Assembly (NCBI GenBank): GCA_963811265.1
Contig: CAWEQS010000026.1
Coordinates: 567,756 to 631,755 of the forward strand
Direction: 5' to 3'
Source of the DNA: an uncultured beta proteobacterium
Lineage (GTDB): Bacteria; Pseudomonadota; Gammaproteobacteria; Burkholderiales; Burkholderiaceae_F
Length of the DNA stretch: 64,000 nt
Positions within the stretch are counted from its first letter, which is position 1. Each line of letters opens with the position of its first letter. This document shows positions 20,240 to 30,329 of this stretch, one piece after another. The notes under the pieces are model-generated. The model was not told the DNA's origin, did no database searches, and was given only the letters and a program-made list of their open reading frames with translations. The position numbers and the translations under genes were made by a program.

Positions 20240-21734
20240 CTACAGGAAGAACAGCGTGGCCAGCCCCAGGAAGATGAACACGCCCATGCTGTCGGTCGTG
20301 AAGGTCAGCAGCACCGACGACCCGATGGCCGGGTCGCGGCCCGAGCGCTCCAGCATCATCGGGATGAACATGCCCACCAGCGAGCCGACCATCATGTTGA
20401 GCGTCATCGCCAGCAGCAGCGTCAGGCCGATCAGCCACCCCTGCGGGCTGTCCCGGTAGATGAACCAGGCGAACGCCCCGGCGACGCTGCCCCACACCAG
20501 TCCGTTCAGGCCGGAGATCGCCATCTCCTTCAGCACCAGCCGGCGCGGAGTTGCCGCTGGTGACCTGACCGAGCGCGATCGACCGGATCATCAGCGTCAT
20601 CGTCTGGTTGCCCGAGTTGCCGGCGATCCCCATCACGACCGTCATCAGCGTGGCGAGCGCGACGACCTTCTCGATCGTGCCTTCGAACTGTCCGATGACC
20701 CGCGAAGCGAAGAACGCCGTGCAGAGGTTGACCGCCAGCCACAGCCAGCGGTTCTGCGCGGACTTCCAGACCGTCGCGAACAGATCCTCGTCCTCGCGCA
20801 GGCCGACCCGTCCCAGCGCCGCCTCCTCGCCTTCCTCGCGGATGACGTCCACGACCTCGTCGACCGTGAGGCGGCCGACGAGTCGTCCGCGCTCGTCGAC
20901 GACCGGCGCGGAGACCAGGTTGTAGCGCTCGAACGCCTGCGCCGCCTCGCCGGCCTCGTCGAGCGGCGACAGCGTCAGCAGGTCGGTGCGCATCACCTTG
21001 CGCACTTCGGTGTCGGGCTCGTTGAGCAGCAATCGGTCGAGCGGCAGCGCGCCCTTCAGGACCTCGTGCCGGTCGACGACAAACACCTGGTCCGTGTGGT
21101 TCGGCAGTTCGTCGAAGCGGCGCAGGTAGCGCAGCACGACCTCGAGCGTCACGTCCTCGCGGATGCTGATCATCTCGAAGTCCATCAGCGCGCCGACCGA
21201 GTCGTCCGGATAGGACATCGACGCGCGCAGCTGCGCGCGCTCCTCGATCGTCAGGCCCTCCTGGACCTCCTCGACGACGTCCGCGGGCAGGTCGTCCGCG
21301 ATGTGGGCGATCTCGTCGGCCTCGAGGCCCTCGACCGCGTCGACCAGTTCCTCGTGGTCCATCGACGCGATCAGCGTCTCGCGGACCGCGTCGTTCACCT
21401 CCATCAGGATGTCGCCGTCGCGGTCCGCCTTGACGCAGTCCCACACGACGAGACGGTCTTCGTGCGGCAGCGCTTCGAGGATGTAGGCGATGTCGGCCGG
21501 ATGCAGCCGGTCGAGGACGTTCCTGAGTTCGGTGATGTGCTGCCGGTGGACCAGCTGCTCGACGAGCGGCTTGCGCTCCTCCGCGGGCATGGCGTCGCGG
21601 TGCACGAGCGACTCGACCCGCCGCTGCTTGTCGAGCAGGTGCTGGACGCGGACGAGCGCCCGCTGCGCGGCCTCGGGGTCGCGCGACGGTGCGCCTGGCG
21701 GCGCCTCGCGGTCCAGCATTTCCTGCTCGTTCAT
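20240..21734 (-). pseudogene. mgtE: magnesium transporter MgtE, interrupted by a net +1 frameshift near 20537-20552
   Basis: The N-terminal frame (MNEQEML... with CBS pair ...IGQFEGTIEKVVALATLMTVVMGIAGNSGNQTMTLMIRSIALGQVTSGNS) becomes Arg/Gly junk. The 98-aa ORF 20240-20536 (LKEMAISGLNGLVWG...IPMMLERSGRDPAIGSSVLLTFTTD) is the missing TM C-terminus. An alternative start lies at 21761. Confidence 0.88.
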
Positions 21735-21842
21735 CGCACGGCTACCCCGCTGCTGCGCCACCGACCTCGAAAGGGCGGTCGGATTGTAAGCGCGGGAGAA
21801 CCCTCTTTCAGGGTCCCGGCGACCGTGACCCGCTGCGCTCGC

Positions 21843-22538
21843 CTAGGGGACGATCGAGTCGGCCATGTAGCGCGCGATGTCCGCGGTGCGCTTGTCGAGA
21901 TAGGGGCCGGAACGGGCTCGGCCATAGCGCTTCGGGTTCGGCAGGTAGGCCGCGAGGCGGGCCGACTGCTCGACGCCGAGCTGAGCCGCCGGCACTCCGT
22001 AGTAGTAGCGCGCCGCTGCTTCGGCGCCGAAGATCCCCTCGCCCCATTCGACCACGTTCAGGTAGACCTCGAGGATGCGGCGCTTGTCCCACAGCGCCTC
22101 GATCATGTAGGTGATGACGAGTTCCTGGCCCTTGCGCAGGTAGCTCCGCTCGGGCGAGAGGAAGAGGTTCTTCGCCAGTTGCTGGGTGATCGTCGAACCG
22201 CCCTTCGCCGGGCGGCCGCGCTTGAGGTTCGTCTCGTACGCCTTCTCGACCGCGTCCCAGTCGACGCCTTCATGCTCGCTGAAGCGCGCGTCCTCGGAAG
22301 CGATCACGGCGCGCTTGAGGTGGATCGAGATGCGCTCGTAGGGAACCCAGCGATGCCTGACTCCGGCCTTCGGGCTCTTCTGCCGCAGCGCCGCTTCCTC
22401 GCGCGCCATGAACGACGTCTCGCCGGGATTGTTCCACTTCCACCAGGCGATCCAGCCGAGGTACCAGAACTGCAAGGCAACGACGACGACGAGGCAGGCG
22501 GCGAGCGCGAGCCCTGCCCAGCGCATCGCGGTGCGCAT
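21843..22538 (-). CDS. mtgA: monofunctional biosynthetic peptidoglycan transglycosylase
   Basis: 231 aa from the ATG at 22536-22538 (MRTAMRWAG...). It has a TM helix and the motifs ASEDARFSEHEGVDW, GGSTITQQLAKN and RILEVYLN. Confidence 0.92.
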   Translation of the reverse strand: MRTAMRWAGLALAACLVVVVALQFWYLGWIAWWKWNNPGETSFMAREEAALRQKSPKAGVRHRWVPYERISIHLKRAVIASEDARFSEHEGVDWDAVEKAYETNLKRGRPAKGGSTITQQLAKNLFLSPERSYLRKGQELVITYMIEALWDKRRILEVYLNVVEWGEGIFGAEAAARYYYGVPAAQLGVEQSARLAAYLPNPKRYGRARSGPYLDKRTADIARYMADSIVP

Positions 22539-22551
22539 CAGCGCGGTTTCA

Positions 22552-23397
22552 TCAGCGTGTGCTGGCGGTCTCGCGGGCTTCGCGCGAGAGCAGCGCACGG
22601 AGCTCGCGATACACCGACTGCGTCTCCGGCCGGACACCCCGCCACAGCAGGAACGACTCCGCCGCCTGTTCGATCAGCATTCCCAGGCCGTCGGTGACCT
22701 GCTTCGCGCCGCCGGCCTTCGCCAGCTGCATGAACGGGGTGGGATCGGCGGCGTAGACGAGGTCATACGCCAGCTGGCAGTCGTTGAAGGTCTCCGGATC
22801 GATGGCCGGCGCCTCGTTGTGCAGGCCGGTCGTCGTGCCGTTGATGATCAGGTCGAAGTGCTCTGCCGGAATCTCGTCGAAGTGGATCGCCTCGACGCCG
22901 AACTCCTCCGCGAGTTCCTCTGCCCGCTCGTGGGATCGATTGGCGACCGCAAGCCAGCGGGGGCTCGCGTCGAGCAGCGAGCCCAGCAGGCCACGCACGG
23001 CCCCGCCGGCGCCGAGCACGAGCACGGCGCAGTCGCCGAACCCGAACTCGAGCCGTTCGGTGACGTCGCGGACGAAGCCGATTCCGTCCGTGTTGTCGCC
23101 GAGGATCGTGTCGCCGTCGAACTTCAGCGTGTTGACCGCCCCGGCAAGGCGCGCACGCGGAGTCAGCTCGCTGGCGAGCTTGGCCGCGTCGAGCTTGAAC
23201 GGTACCGTCACGTTCAACCCGCGGTAGCCCGCATCGCGCAGCGAAAGCGCCTTCTCCTCGAAGCCGTCGATGGGCGCCTCGATCCGTTCGTAGCCGATCT
23301 TCTGCTTCGCCTGTGCCGCGAAGCGCAGGTGAATCTCGGGCGACTTGCTGTGGGCAATCGGATTGCCGACAACAGCGTACTGATCAACGGCACTCAT
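22552..23397 (-). CDS. aroE: shikimate dehydrogenase
   Basis: 281 aa. Motifs include YAVVGNPIAHSKSPEIH, GLNVTVPFK, NTL and GDNTDGIGF. Confidence 0.94.
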   Translation of the reverse strand: MSAVDQYAVVGNPIAHSKSPEIHLRFAAQAKQKIGYERIEAPIDGFEEKALSLRDAGYRGLNVTVPFKLDAAKLASELTPRARLAGAVNTLKFDGDTILGDNTDGIGFVRDVTERLEFGFGDCAVLVLGAGGAVRGLLGSLLDASPRWLAVANRSHERAEELAEEFGVEAIHFDEIPAEHFDLIINGTTTGLHNEAPAIDPETFNDCQLAYDLVYAADPTPFMQLAKAGGAKQVTDGLGMLIEQAAESFLLWRGVRPETQSVYRELRALLSREARETASTR

Positions 23398-24290
23398 GGT
23401 CGGGAGGGGTCCGCGCTTCTGGTCGCAAGCTGGTCGTTGGTGAAAATCCAGGTCCGCGTGATCTCGAGGATATCCGTGTCCTTCGCGATGTCGGGCGGAA
23501 ACGGCGAGTATGGAGCCGCCTGCATCACGATCCTGCGCGCCGCCCGGTCAAGCACCGGCGAACCAGATGATTTTTCCAGAATCGTGTCGGCGACGGAACC
23601 GTCCTTGCGGATCGCGACCGTCATCCGCAACGATCCGTAGTAGCGGCCGCGCGCCTCCGGAGGATAGTTCTCGTTTCCGATCTTCTCCACCCTGGCGCGC
23701 CAGTCCTCGAAGTAGCGCGCATAGCGGAACTCCGAGGTGCTCGGCATGTAGTGGTGCTTGCGCGGCCGCTTCTGGTAGTCGGAGATCTGCTTGGCGATCT
23801 CCGCCTGCGAGCGCGCCAGCAGCTGCTTCGTCTCCTCGTCGACCGAGCCCGACTGCTGGGCGTCCGACGCCGCTTCCTTGCGCGGGCTCGGGCGCAGTTG
23901 CAGCGAGTCCTTCAGCGCGGAGAGCAGCCGTTTCTGTTCTTCCTCGAGCTGCTGCACCGACTTGCGCGCCTCCTGGAGGGCATCGCCGTCGCGCATCTCG
24001 AACGAGTTCGGCAGCGGCGAGGTGCGACGCCCGCGATCGGTCGTGCCGCCGCCGTCGAGATTCGCCTGCGCGAGCGCCTCGGGTTTTCCCGGGCGGGTCT
24101 CGCTCTTCGCGTTGACGAGGATGATGTCGAGCGGCGGATCGGCCGACCGCACGCGCAGCAGTTCCGGATCGACGAAGCGGATCGCGAGGATCGTGATGTG
24201 CAGGCCGATCGACACGGTGAGCGCCATGACCAGCACCTTGTCGGCCAGCAGCGCCCTCACACCGTGATGCGGATCTTCGGCGACATCCAT
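23394..24290 (-). CDS. TonB C-terminal domain-containing (energy transducer TonB family) protein
   Basis: 298 aa with an N-terminal TM helix and a charged coiled linker. The C-terminus YPPEARGRYYGSLRMTVAIRKDGSV...SSGSPVLDRAARRIV is TonB_C-like. It overlaps the aroE start by 4 bp. Confidence 0.75.
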   Translation of the reverse strand: MDVAEDPHHGVRALLADKVLVMALTVSIGLHITILAIRFVDPELLRVRSADPPLDIILVNAKSETRPGKPEALAQANLDGGGTTDRGRRTSPLPNSFEMRDGDALQEARKSVQQLEEEQKRLLSALKDSLQLRPSPRKEAASDAQQSGSVDEETKQLLARSQAEIAKQISDYQKRPRKHHYMPSTSEFRYARYFEDWRARVEKIGNENYPPEARGRYYGSLRMTVAIRKDGSVADTILEKSSGSPVLDRAARRIVMQAAPYSPFPPDIAKDTDILEITRTWIFTNDQLATRSADPSRP

Positions 24291-24408
24291 TCGTGGGCGA
24301 TCGGCCTGAACGATTGAACAGCAGGAAAAGTGCGGGCGATTGTAGCGACCGTGTCAGCGAACACGCGACACGATCGCGCTAGTCTCCCATGGCGCCGCCA
24401 CTACGCGA

Positions 24409-26439
24409 TCAGCGAGAGTCCTGGCTCGATGATGCGGCCTCGTCGGGACCGCGCTGTTCGACGTTCCCGCCGGTGTCGATGACCGGTGGTTCAGGCGCCG
24501 CGCCGTTCTCCGGCTCCGGCGCGGCTTCCTCCTCGGCGATCGCGTCGTCCTCGGGGTCCACCGGCGTCTGCGCAGCGAGCACCTGGTGCACGCGCGCTTC
24601 CAGCACGAGCTCGATCTCGTGGGTGCCGAGCACGTCGAGCTCGAGCCGCTGTCCGCGCGGCAGTTCGGGCAGGCCCGGCAGCCGCGTGATGAACGGCATG
24701 CCATCGACCCGAAGCACGTCGCCCTTGATGACGCTCGCGCTGATGCGCGCGATGCCCTCCTGGCGAAGCCAGCGCAGCGACCAGTAGCGTTCCATGCGCT
24801 GCTGGAAGTCGGCGTACGCGCCGTACAGCGCCTCGAAGCCGGACACGATGCTGAAGAGATCCGCGTCGCGCGCGCGGTACGTCGGCACTTCGCCGAGCGC
24901 GCACGCGATGACCTGGCGCTGGTTCACGAGGTCCACGTAGCGGCGCAGCGGTGACGTGCTCCACGTGTAGTGATCGACGCCGATGCCGTCATGGGGCGCC
25001 GGCGTCGTGCCCATGCGCACTCGGCCGAGGCTCTGCGAGCGGTAGATGCCGGCGACCTTGCGCTCCGCGAGCCAGCGGCCCCACGTGCTGTTTGCCAGGA
25101 TCATCAGCTCGGCGACGATGAGGTCGAGCGGCGCCCCGCGGCGCCGCGGCTTGATGCTGACGTGCGCCCGCTCGCCTTCTCCGTCGATCACGAAGGAGTA
25201 GTCGACGCGCCCCAGCGGCTCCGGGCGGCCGCGCGCCTGCTCCCGCTGCGCCAGCAGCGTCCGCGCGACCCGCCACAGGAACGAGAGTTCGGCAGCGAAC
25301 GGCGCGTCGAACGCGCCGCTGGCGATCGCTTCCTCCGTGATCACGTCGTCCAGCTGGTCGTGCCGGAGATTGGCGGCGATCCGCAGGCGCTCGACGCGAG
25401 TCTCGGTCGACAGCACTTCGCAGGTTTCGGCGTCCACCCGCGCGTACAGCGAGAGCACCGGGACGACGCGCCCCTCGTTGAGCGAGAACGCGTCGACCCA
25501 GCCATCCGGAAGCATCGTGTACTTGAGCCCCGGCGCGTACACGGTGGACATCCGCGCGCGCGCCACCACGTCGAGCGGGTGATCGCGCCCGATGGCCACC
25601 CCGGGCGCGGCGATGTGCACGCCGACGATGGCCGTCGAACCCTCGCGCACGACCGAAAAGGCGTCGTCGATCTCCGTGGTTGCGCTGTCGTCGACGGAGA
25701 AGGCGGCGACGGGCGCGAGCGGCAGTTCGTCCGGCAGCACCGGTGGCGGGAGGTCCTGGCCGAACCCCGTCCCCTTCGGGAAGTGCGATGCGACGAAGCT
25801 GTCGACGTGCCACCGGTACGGCGAGGCGATCGCTCCCGTCGACAGCAGCAGCTTCAGGGGCGTCGTCTGCAGTTCGCCGGCCGCCTGCTCGACCGCCCTG
25901 TACTCGATCGAGTTCTTGTCCGGCTTCACCAGCAGCGCGATGGCCTGCTGCGAAATGGCGGCGGGCGCCTGCCCCGACTTCAGTGCCTGCACGTGCTGCT
26001 GCTTCAGTTCGTCCTGCTGCCGCTTGCGTTCGAGCGCGGCGAGGGCGGCCTTCAGCGTTTCCGCGGGCGCCGCCCGGTAGCGGCCGCGCCCCTTGCGGTG
26101 GAAGTACACCGGCGCCGAGTGAAGGCGAAACAGCAGCGAAGTCGCCTCGACGCTTCCGGGCTCGTTCCCGTAGTACTCGCGGGCGATGTCCAGGAAGCCG
26201 AACTCCTCCTGGGGCGCGACTTCCCACAGGAAGTCCAGGTCGATGCTTCCGGCCGCCGACTGGGCGCGCTCCAGCAGCACCGACGGGGCCGGCTCGCGGA
26301 ACTGCAGCAGCACGTGCGAGTTCTTCACCTTGGTCCGCTTGCCGCTGGCCAGCTCCACCTGGTGCGAAGCGTCGGTGCTCGCCAGCACCGTGCCGGCCTT
26401 GAAGGCGCCGTCTTCCTCGAACAGGAGATGCGTCTTCAC
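24409..26439 (-). CDS. RNB domain-containing 3'-5' exoribonuclease (RNase II/R family)
   Basis: 676 aa. It contains the RNB-type block TTEIDDAFSV and ...HDGIGVDHYTWSTSPLRRYVDLVNQRQ. Confidence 0.85.
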   Translation of the reverse strand: MKTHLLFEEDGAFKAGTVLASTDASHQVELASGKRTKVKNSHVLLQFREPAPSVLLERAQSAAGSIDLDFLWEVAPQEEFGFLDIAREYYGNEPGSVEATSLLFRLHSAPVYFHRKGRGRYRAAPAETLKAALAALERKRQQDELKQQHVQALKSGQAPAAISQQAIALLVKPDKNSIEYRAVEQAAGELQTTPLKLLLSTGAIASPYRWHVDSFVASHFPKGTGFGQDLPPPVLPDELPLAPVAAFSVDDSATTEIDDAFSVVREGSTAIVGVHIAAPGVAIGRDHPLDVVARARMSTVYAPGLKYTMLPDGWVDAFSLNEGRVVPVLSLYARVDAETCEVLSTETRVERLRIAANLRHDQLDDVITEEAIASGAFDAPFAAELSFLWRVARTLLAQREQARGRPEPLGRVDYSFVIDGEGERAHVSIKPRRRGAPLDLIVAELMILANSTWGRWLAERKVAGIYRSQSLGRVRMGTTPAPHDGIGVDHYTWSTSPLRRYVDLVNQRQVIACALGEVPTYRARDADLFSIVSGFEALYGAYADFQQRMERYWSLRWLRQEGIARISASVIKGDVLRVDGMPFITRLPGLPELPRGQRLELDVLGTHEIELVLEARVHQVLAAQTPVDPEDDAIAEEEAAPEPENGAAPEPPVIDTGGNVEQRGPDEAASSSQDSR

Positions 26440-27032
26440 AGCGTTCCCATGAAGGTCCGGATGCCGCGCAGCATCAGTTCGACGGCGATCGCGGCGAGGA
26501 CGAGGCCCATCAGCCGCACGAAAGCGAGCGTGACGCGTTCACCCAGCAGCGCGAACAGTCGCCCGGAGAACGACAGCACGACCGCGCTGATCGCCATGAC
26601 CCCTGCGATCGCGGCGAGCCACTCCATCCAGCGCCCGGGCTCGCGCGAGACGAAGAGCAGCACGGTGGCGAGCGCGGACGGCCCCGCGAGCGCAGGCACC
26701 GCCAGTGGAACGATGAACGGCTCGCCGTGCGGCTGGTCGCCGTAGATCCCCTGCCCGGTCGGGAACACCATCCGAAGCGCCACGAGCATCAGGACGACCG
26801 CGCCGCCGATCTGCAGCGAAACGTCGGACAGTCCCAGCGCGCCGAGGAAGGGCCGCCCGACGAACACGGCGGTCGACAGCACGACGAAGGCGATGAAGCA
26901 CTCGCGCAGGATGATGCGGGCCCGCCGCTCGGGCGGGACGTCGTCGAGCGCAGCGACGAAGATCGGGATGTTGCCGACGGGGTCGCAGACCAGCAGGAGC
27001 AGCAGGAACGACGAAACGAAACTCTCGTTCAC
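26436..27032 (-). CDS. MarC family (UPF0056/NAAT) integral membrane protein
   Basis: 198 aa. FLLLLLVCDPVGNIPIF and PLAVPALAGPSALATV are typical of the MarC family. It overlaps the downstream RNB gene start by 4 bp. Confidence 0.85.
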   Translation of the reverse strand: MNESFVSSFLLLLLVCDPVGNIPIFVAALDDVPPERRARIILRECFIAFVVLSTAVFVGRPFLGALGLSDVSLQIGGAVVLMLVALRMVFPTGQGIYGDQPHGEPFIVPLAVPALAGPSALATVLLFVSREPGRWMEWLAAIAGVMAISAVVLSFSGRLFALLGERVTLAFVRLMGLVLAAIAVELMLRGIRTFMGTL

Positions 27033-27514
27033 CGGTCGGTCACCGTTTCCGTTCCGCCGCTGACGCGCACGAGTTCGGCCGGCGCGATCGGGAACACGCA
27101 GTGCGGCGTGCCGCCCGCCGCCCAGACGACGCCGAAGCGGCGCAGCGAGGCATCGATGAAGGTCGTCATCGGCCGCGCGTGGGCCAGTGGCGCGACGCCG
27201 CCGATCGCGAAGCTCGAGTGCTCGCGCACGAAGTCCGGCGTGGCTCGTTCAATCGATTCGCCCAGCAGCGCGCTGATCCGCGCTTCGTCGACGCGACGGT
27301 CGCCGGCGGCGATCACGAGCACCGCCCGCCCGCCGGGCACGGCGCGGAAGATCAGCGACTTCGCGATCTGCCCGACCTCGATGCCCAGCGCATCGGCCGC
27401 CTGCTGCGACGTGCGCGCCGCGACCGGAAGCTCGATCACGCGGGCATCGGTGCCCGCCGCGGCCAGCGCGTCCTGCACGCGCTGCGCGGACGCCGGCAAT
27501 GGTTTCGCCGTCAT
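27029..27514 (-). CDS. YbaK/EbsC family aminoacyl-tRNA deacylase domain protein
   Basis: 161 aa. KSLIFRA...AVLVIAAGDRRVD...FAIGGVAPL fits the YbaK/ProRS-associated editing domain pattern. Confidence 0.78.
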   Translation of the reverse strand: MTAKPLPASAQRVQDALAAAGTDARVIELPVAARTSQQAADALGIEVGQIAKSLIFRAVPGGRAVLVIAAGDRRVDEARISALLGESIERATPDFVREHSSFAIGGVAPLAHARPMTTFIDASLRRFGVVWAAGGTPHCVFPIAPAELVRVSGGTETVTDR

Positions 27515-27517
27515 CGC

Positions 27518-28262
27518 TCAGACGGTCAGTCCGCCGGCGACCTCGATCACCGCACCGTTGATGTATGAAGCCTCGTCCGAGGCCAGGAATGCGTACACGT
27601 TGGCGATGTCTTCCGGCGTCCCCAGGCGCCGCAGGGGCACGCGCTCGGTCATCTGCTCGAGCACCTTGTGGGGGATCGTGCTGAGGATCGTCGTCGCAAC
27701 GAAACCGGGCGCCACGGCGTTGCAGCGCACGCCTTTCGGTCCGAGTTCCCGCGCCCACGTCTTCACGAAGCCGATCACGCCGAACTTGGTCGCCGCGTAG
27801 TTGGTCTGCCCGAAGTTGCCGTAGATCCCCACGACGCTGGATGCATTCAGGATGACCCCGGAGCCCTGCTCGACCATCGTGTCGACGACCGCCCGCGCGC
27901 AGTTGTAGGTGCCTTTGAGGTTCACCGCGATGACCTTGTCGAACTGCTCGTCGGTCATCTTCTGCAGGCGCGCGTCGAGCGTGATGCCGGCGTTGTTCAC
28001 GAGCACGTCGATGCGTCCGTGCTTCGCTCTTAACGCTCGACACCATGGCGTCCACCTGGTCCCGCCGCGTCACATCCACGACGTAGCCGGACACGGCGCC
28101 GTCGGCCGACAGCGCGCGAACGGCCTGGTCGACCCCCTCCTGCCGGACGTCGCACAGGGCGACAACGGCGCCCTCGTCCACGAATTTCCTCACCGTCGCG
28201 AAACCGATGCCCTGCGCGCCGCCGGTGACGATGGCGACCTTGCCCTCCAGACGCTTGCTCAC
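27518..28262 (-). pseudogene. short-chain dehydrogenase/reductase (FabG-like 3-oxoacyl reductase), interrupted by a net +1 frameshift near 28010-28045
   Basis: The N-terminal frame reads MSKRLEGKVAIVTGGAQGIGFA...[18 protein letters not shown]. The +1 frame continues [14 protein letters not shown]...[24 protein letters not shown]...PGFVAT...[14 protein letters not shown]. Confidence 0.88.
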
Positions 28263-28846
28263 TGCTTTCTCCCGTTGCTGCTGATACCGCAGAAATCCAG
28301 CACCTCGTCCATGTACAGGTCGAAGTCGGACAGTTCGTGATTGCTTCCCTTGATCACCCGCTGGCGCGCCCCGGCGTACTTGCTCGCCATCGTCCGGTAG
28401 TCGATCAGCGTGTCGCCCGTCGCCGCCACCAGGAAGTAGCGCTCGGGTCGCGAGATGACCGGAGTGTCGATGTCGTGCAGTTCACGCAGATGTTCGGGAC
28501 GGAAGTCGATCTCGTCGGCGCTGAAGTAGACGGGCTGCCGCCCGAGGTGGCTTTCCAGGTCGCGCGCCGGCGTGATCGCCGGGTTCAGGAGGACGGCCCG
28601 GCACCCCAGCCGCTCCGCCAGCCACGTCGCGTAATAGCCGCCGAGCGATGAACCGATCAGCGCCAACGACGACGGCGGCACGCCGCTCGCGAGACCGAGC
28701 GCGAGGTCGGCCGCGGCGCGCGGCGATGCCGGCAGGGCCGGGCAGGCGTACTCGTCTTCGCGGCCGAGCGCGCGCATCCGCTCGCGCAGCATCGTCGCCT
28801 TCCGCGAACCCGGCGAAGAGCGAAAGCCGTGCAGGTACAGGATCAC
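28259..28846 (-). CDS. YqiA/YcfP family alpha/beta-fold esterase
   Basis: 195 aa. It starts MILYLHGFRSSPGS and carries the nucleophile elbow IGSSLGG. Confidence 0.82.
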   Translation of the reverse strand: MILYLHGFRSSPGSRKATMLRERMRALGREDEYACPALPASPRAAADLALGLASGVPPSSLALIGSSLGGYYATWLAERLGCRAVLLNPAITPARDLESHLGRQPVYFSADEIDFRPEHLRELHDIDTPVISRPERYFLVAATGDTLIDYRTMASKYAGARQRVIKGSNHELSDFDLYMDEVLDFCGISSNGRKQ

Positions 28847-30198
28847 GCCGCGCGCGCTGCGCGCTCGCGCAGTCGTTCCAGCAGGAGCGTGTGAATCCCG
28901 CCAAAGCCGCCGTTGCTCATCACCACCAGGCGATCGCCGGCGTGCGAATCGGACACCACCGCGTCGGCGAGCGCCGCCAGGTCCTTCAGCACGGTGGCCC
29001 TGGGGCCAAGGGGGGCCAGCGCTCCCTCCACATCCCAGCTGACGCCGCCGGAATAGCAGAAGACACGGTCGGCGCCCGACAGGCTGTCTGCCAGCGCCGC
29101 CTTCATCGAGCCGAGCTTCATCGTGTTCGAACGCGGCTCGAGGATCGCGACGATGCGCCCCGGTCCGCCTCGCGCGCGCAGCGCGCCGATGGTTTCGCGG
29201 ACCGCCGTGGGATGGTGCGCGAAGTCGTCGATGACCGTGACGCCGCCCGCCGTGCCGCGCTCCTCCAGCCGGCGCTTCACTCCGCGAAATCGCTGCAGCG
29301 CCTGCAACGAGGCTTGCGGAGGGACACCGACGTGCTCGGCCGCCACCAGTGCAGCCAGCGCATTCAGCCGGTTGTGATGGCCGGGAAGATCGAGTTGCAG
29401 TTCACCGACGGCGCGACCGTTCCGGGTGACGAGATATGGCGCGTCACGCCCCAACTCCCACTCGCCGCCGCATCCGAACGTGGTCCGCTCCGACCAGCAG
29501 CCGCGTTCCAGGACGCGCGCCAGCGCGGGCTCGGAGGCGTTCACGACGACGCGGGCCGACCGTGACAGCGTGCGGACGAAGTGGTGGAACTGTGTTTCGA
29601 TGGCTGCCAGGTCCGGAAAGATGTCGGCGTGGTCGAACTCCAGGTTGTTCAGGACCGCCGTGCGAGGAAGGTAGTGGATGAACTTCGAGCGCTTGTCGAA
29701 GAACGCCGTGTCGTACTCGTCGGCCTCGATGACGAAGGGCGGCGCGGCGCCGAGCAACGCGGAACGCCCGAAGTCCTGCGGCACGCCGCCCACGAGGAAC
29801 CCCGGTTCCAGCCCCGCGCTCGACAGTATCCAGGCGAGCATCGATGTGGTTGTCGTCTTGCCGTGCGTTCCCGCGACGGCCAGCACGTGGCGCCCGCGCA
29901 GGACGTGTTCCGCCAGCCACTGCGGGCCCGAGACGAACGGCAGCTGCCGATCGAGGATCGCCTCCATCAGTGCGTTGCCGCGGGTGACCACGTTGCCGAT
30001 CACGTACAGGTCGGCGCGCAGCTCGAGCTGGCCCGGTTCGAAACCCTCGATCAGTTCGATGCCGGCTTCCGCCAGCTGGTCGCTCATCGGCGGGTACACG
30101 TTGGCGTCACAGCCGCTGACGCGATGGCCGGCGGCACGGGCAAGCTGCGCCAGCCCGCCCATGAAGGTGCCGCAGATGCCGAGGATGTGGATGTGCAC
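28843..30198 (-). CDS. mpl: UDP-N-acetylmuramate:L-alanyl-gamma-D-glutamyl-meso-diaminopimelate ligase
   Basis: 451 aa from the GTG at 30196-30198 (VHIHILGICGTFMGGLA). AVAGTHGKTTTTSM is the Mur ligase P-loop. Confidence 0.9.
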   Translation of the reverse strand: MHIHILGICGTFMGGLAQLARAAGHRVSGCDANVYPPMSDQLAEAGIELIEGFEPGQLELRADLYVIGNVVTRGNALMEAILDRQLPFVSGPQWLAEHVLRGRHVLAVAGTHGKTTTTSMLAWILSSAGLEPGFLVGGVPQDFGRSALLGAAPPFVIEADEYDTAFFDKRSKFIHYLPRTAVLNNLEFDHADIFPDLAAIETQFHHFVRTLSRSARVVVNASEPALARVLERGCWSERTTFGCGGEWELGRDAPYLVTRNGRAVGELQLDLPGHHNRLNALAALVAAEHVGVPPQASLQALQRFRGVKRRLEERGTAGGVTVIDDFAHHPTAVRETIGALRARGGPGRIVAILEPRSNTMKLGSMKAALADSLSGADRVFCYSGGVSWDVEGALAPLGPRATVLKDLAALADAVVSDSHAGDRLVVMSNGGFGGIHTLLLERLRERAARAA

Positions 30199-30329
30199 GG
30201 AGGTTTCGCGGTCGCCGAACCGAGTGCGATCAGCGAAGTCAAAAGGCGTGAAATTGTAATGCGGCGCAACATGGGGCCCGTCGCTACACTCCCGGCTCCT
30301 CGCCGCACCCCTCCCAAGCCTGCGCAACC

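Noticed and set aside
20460-22697. 745-aa plus-strand ORF
   Set aside because: It is antisense to mgtE and mtgA and has junk composition.
24970-26745. 591-aa plus-strand ORF, plus the 412-aa ORF 24989-26227
   Set aside because: They are antisense to, or off-frame in, the RNB exoribonuclease gene.
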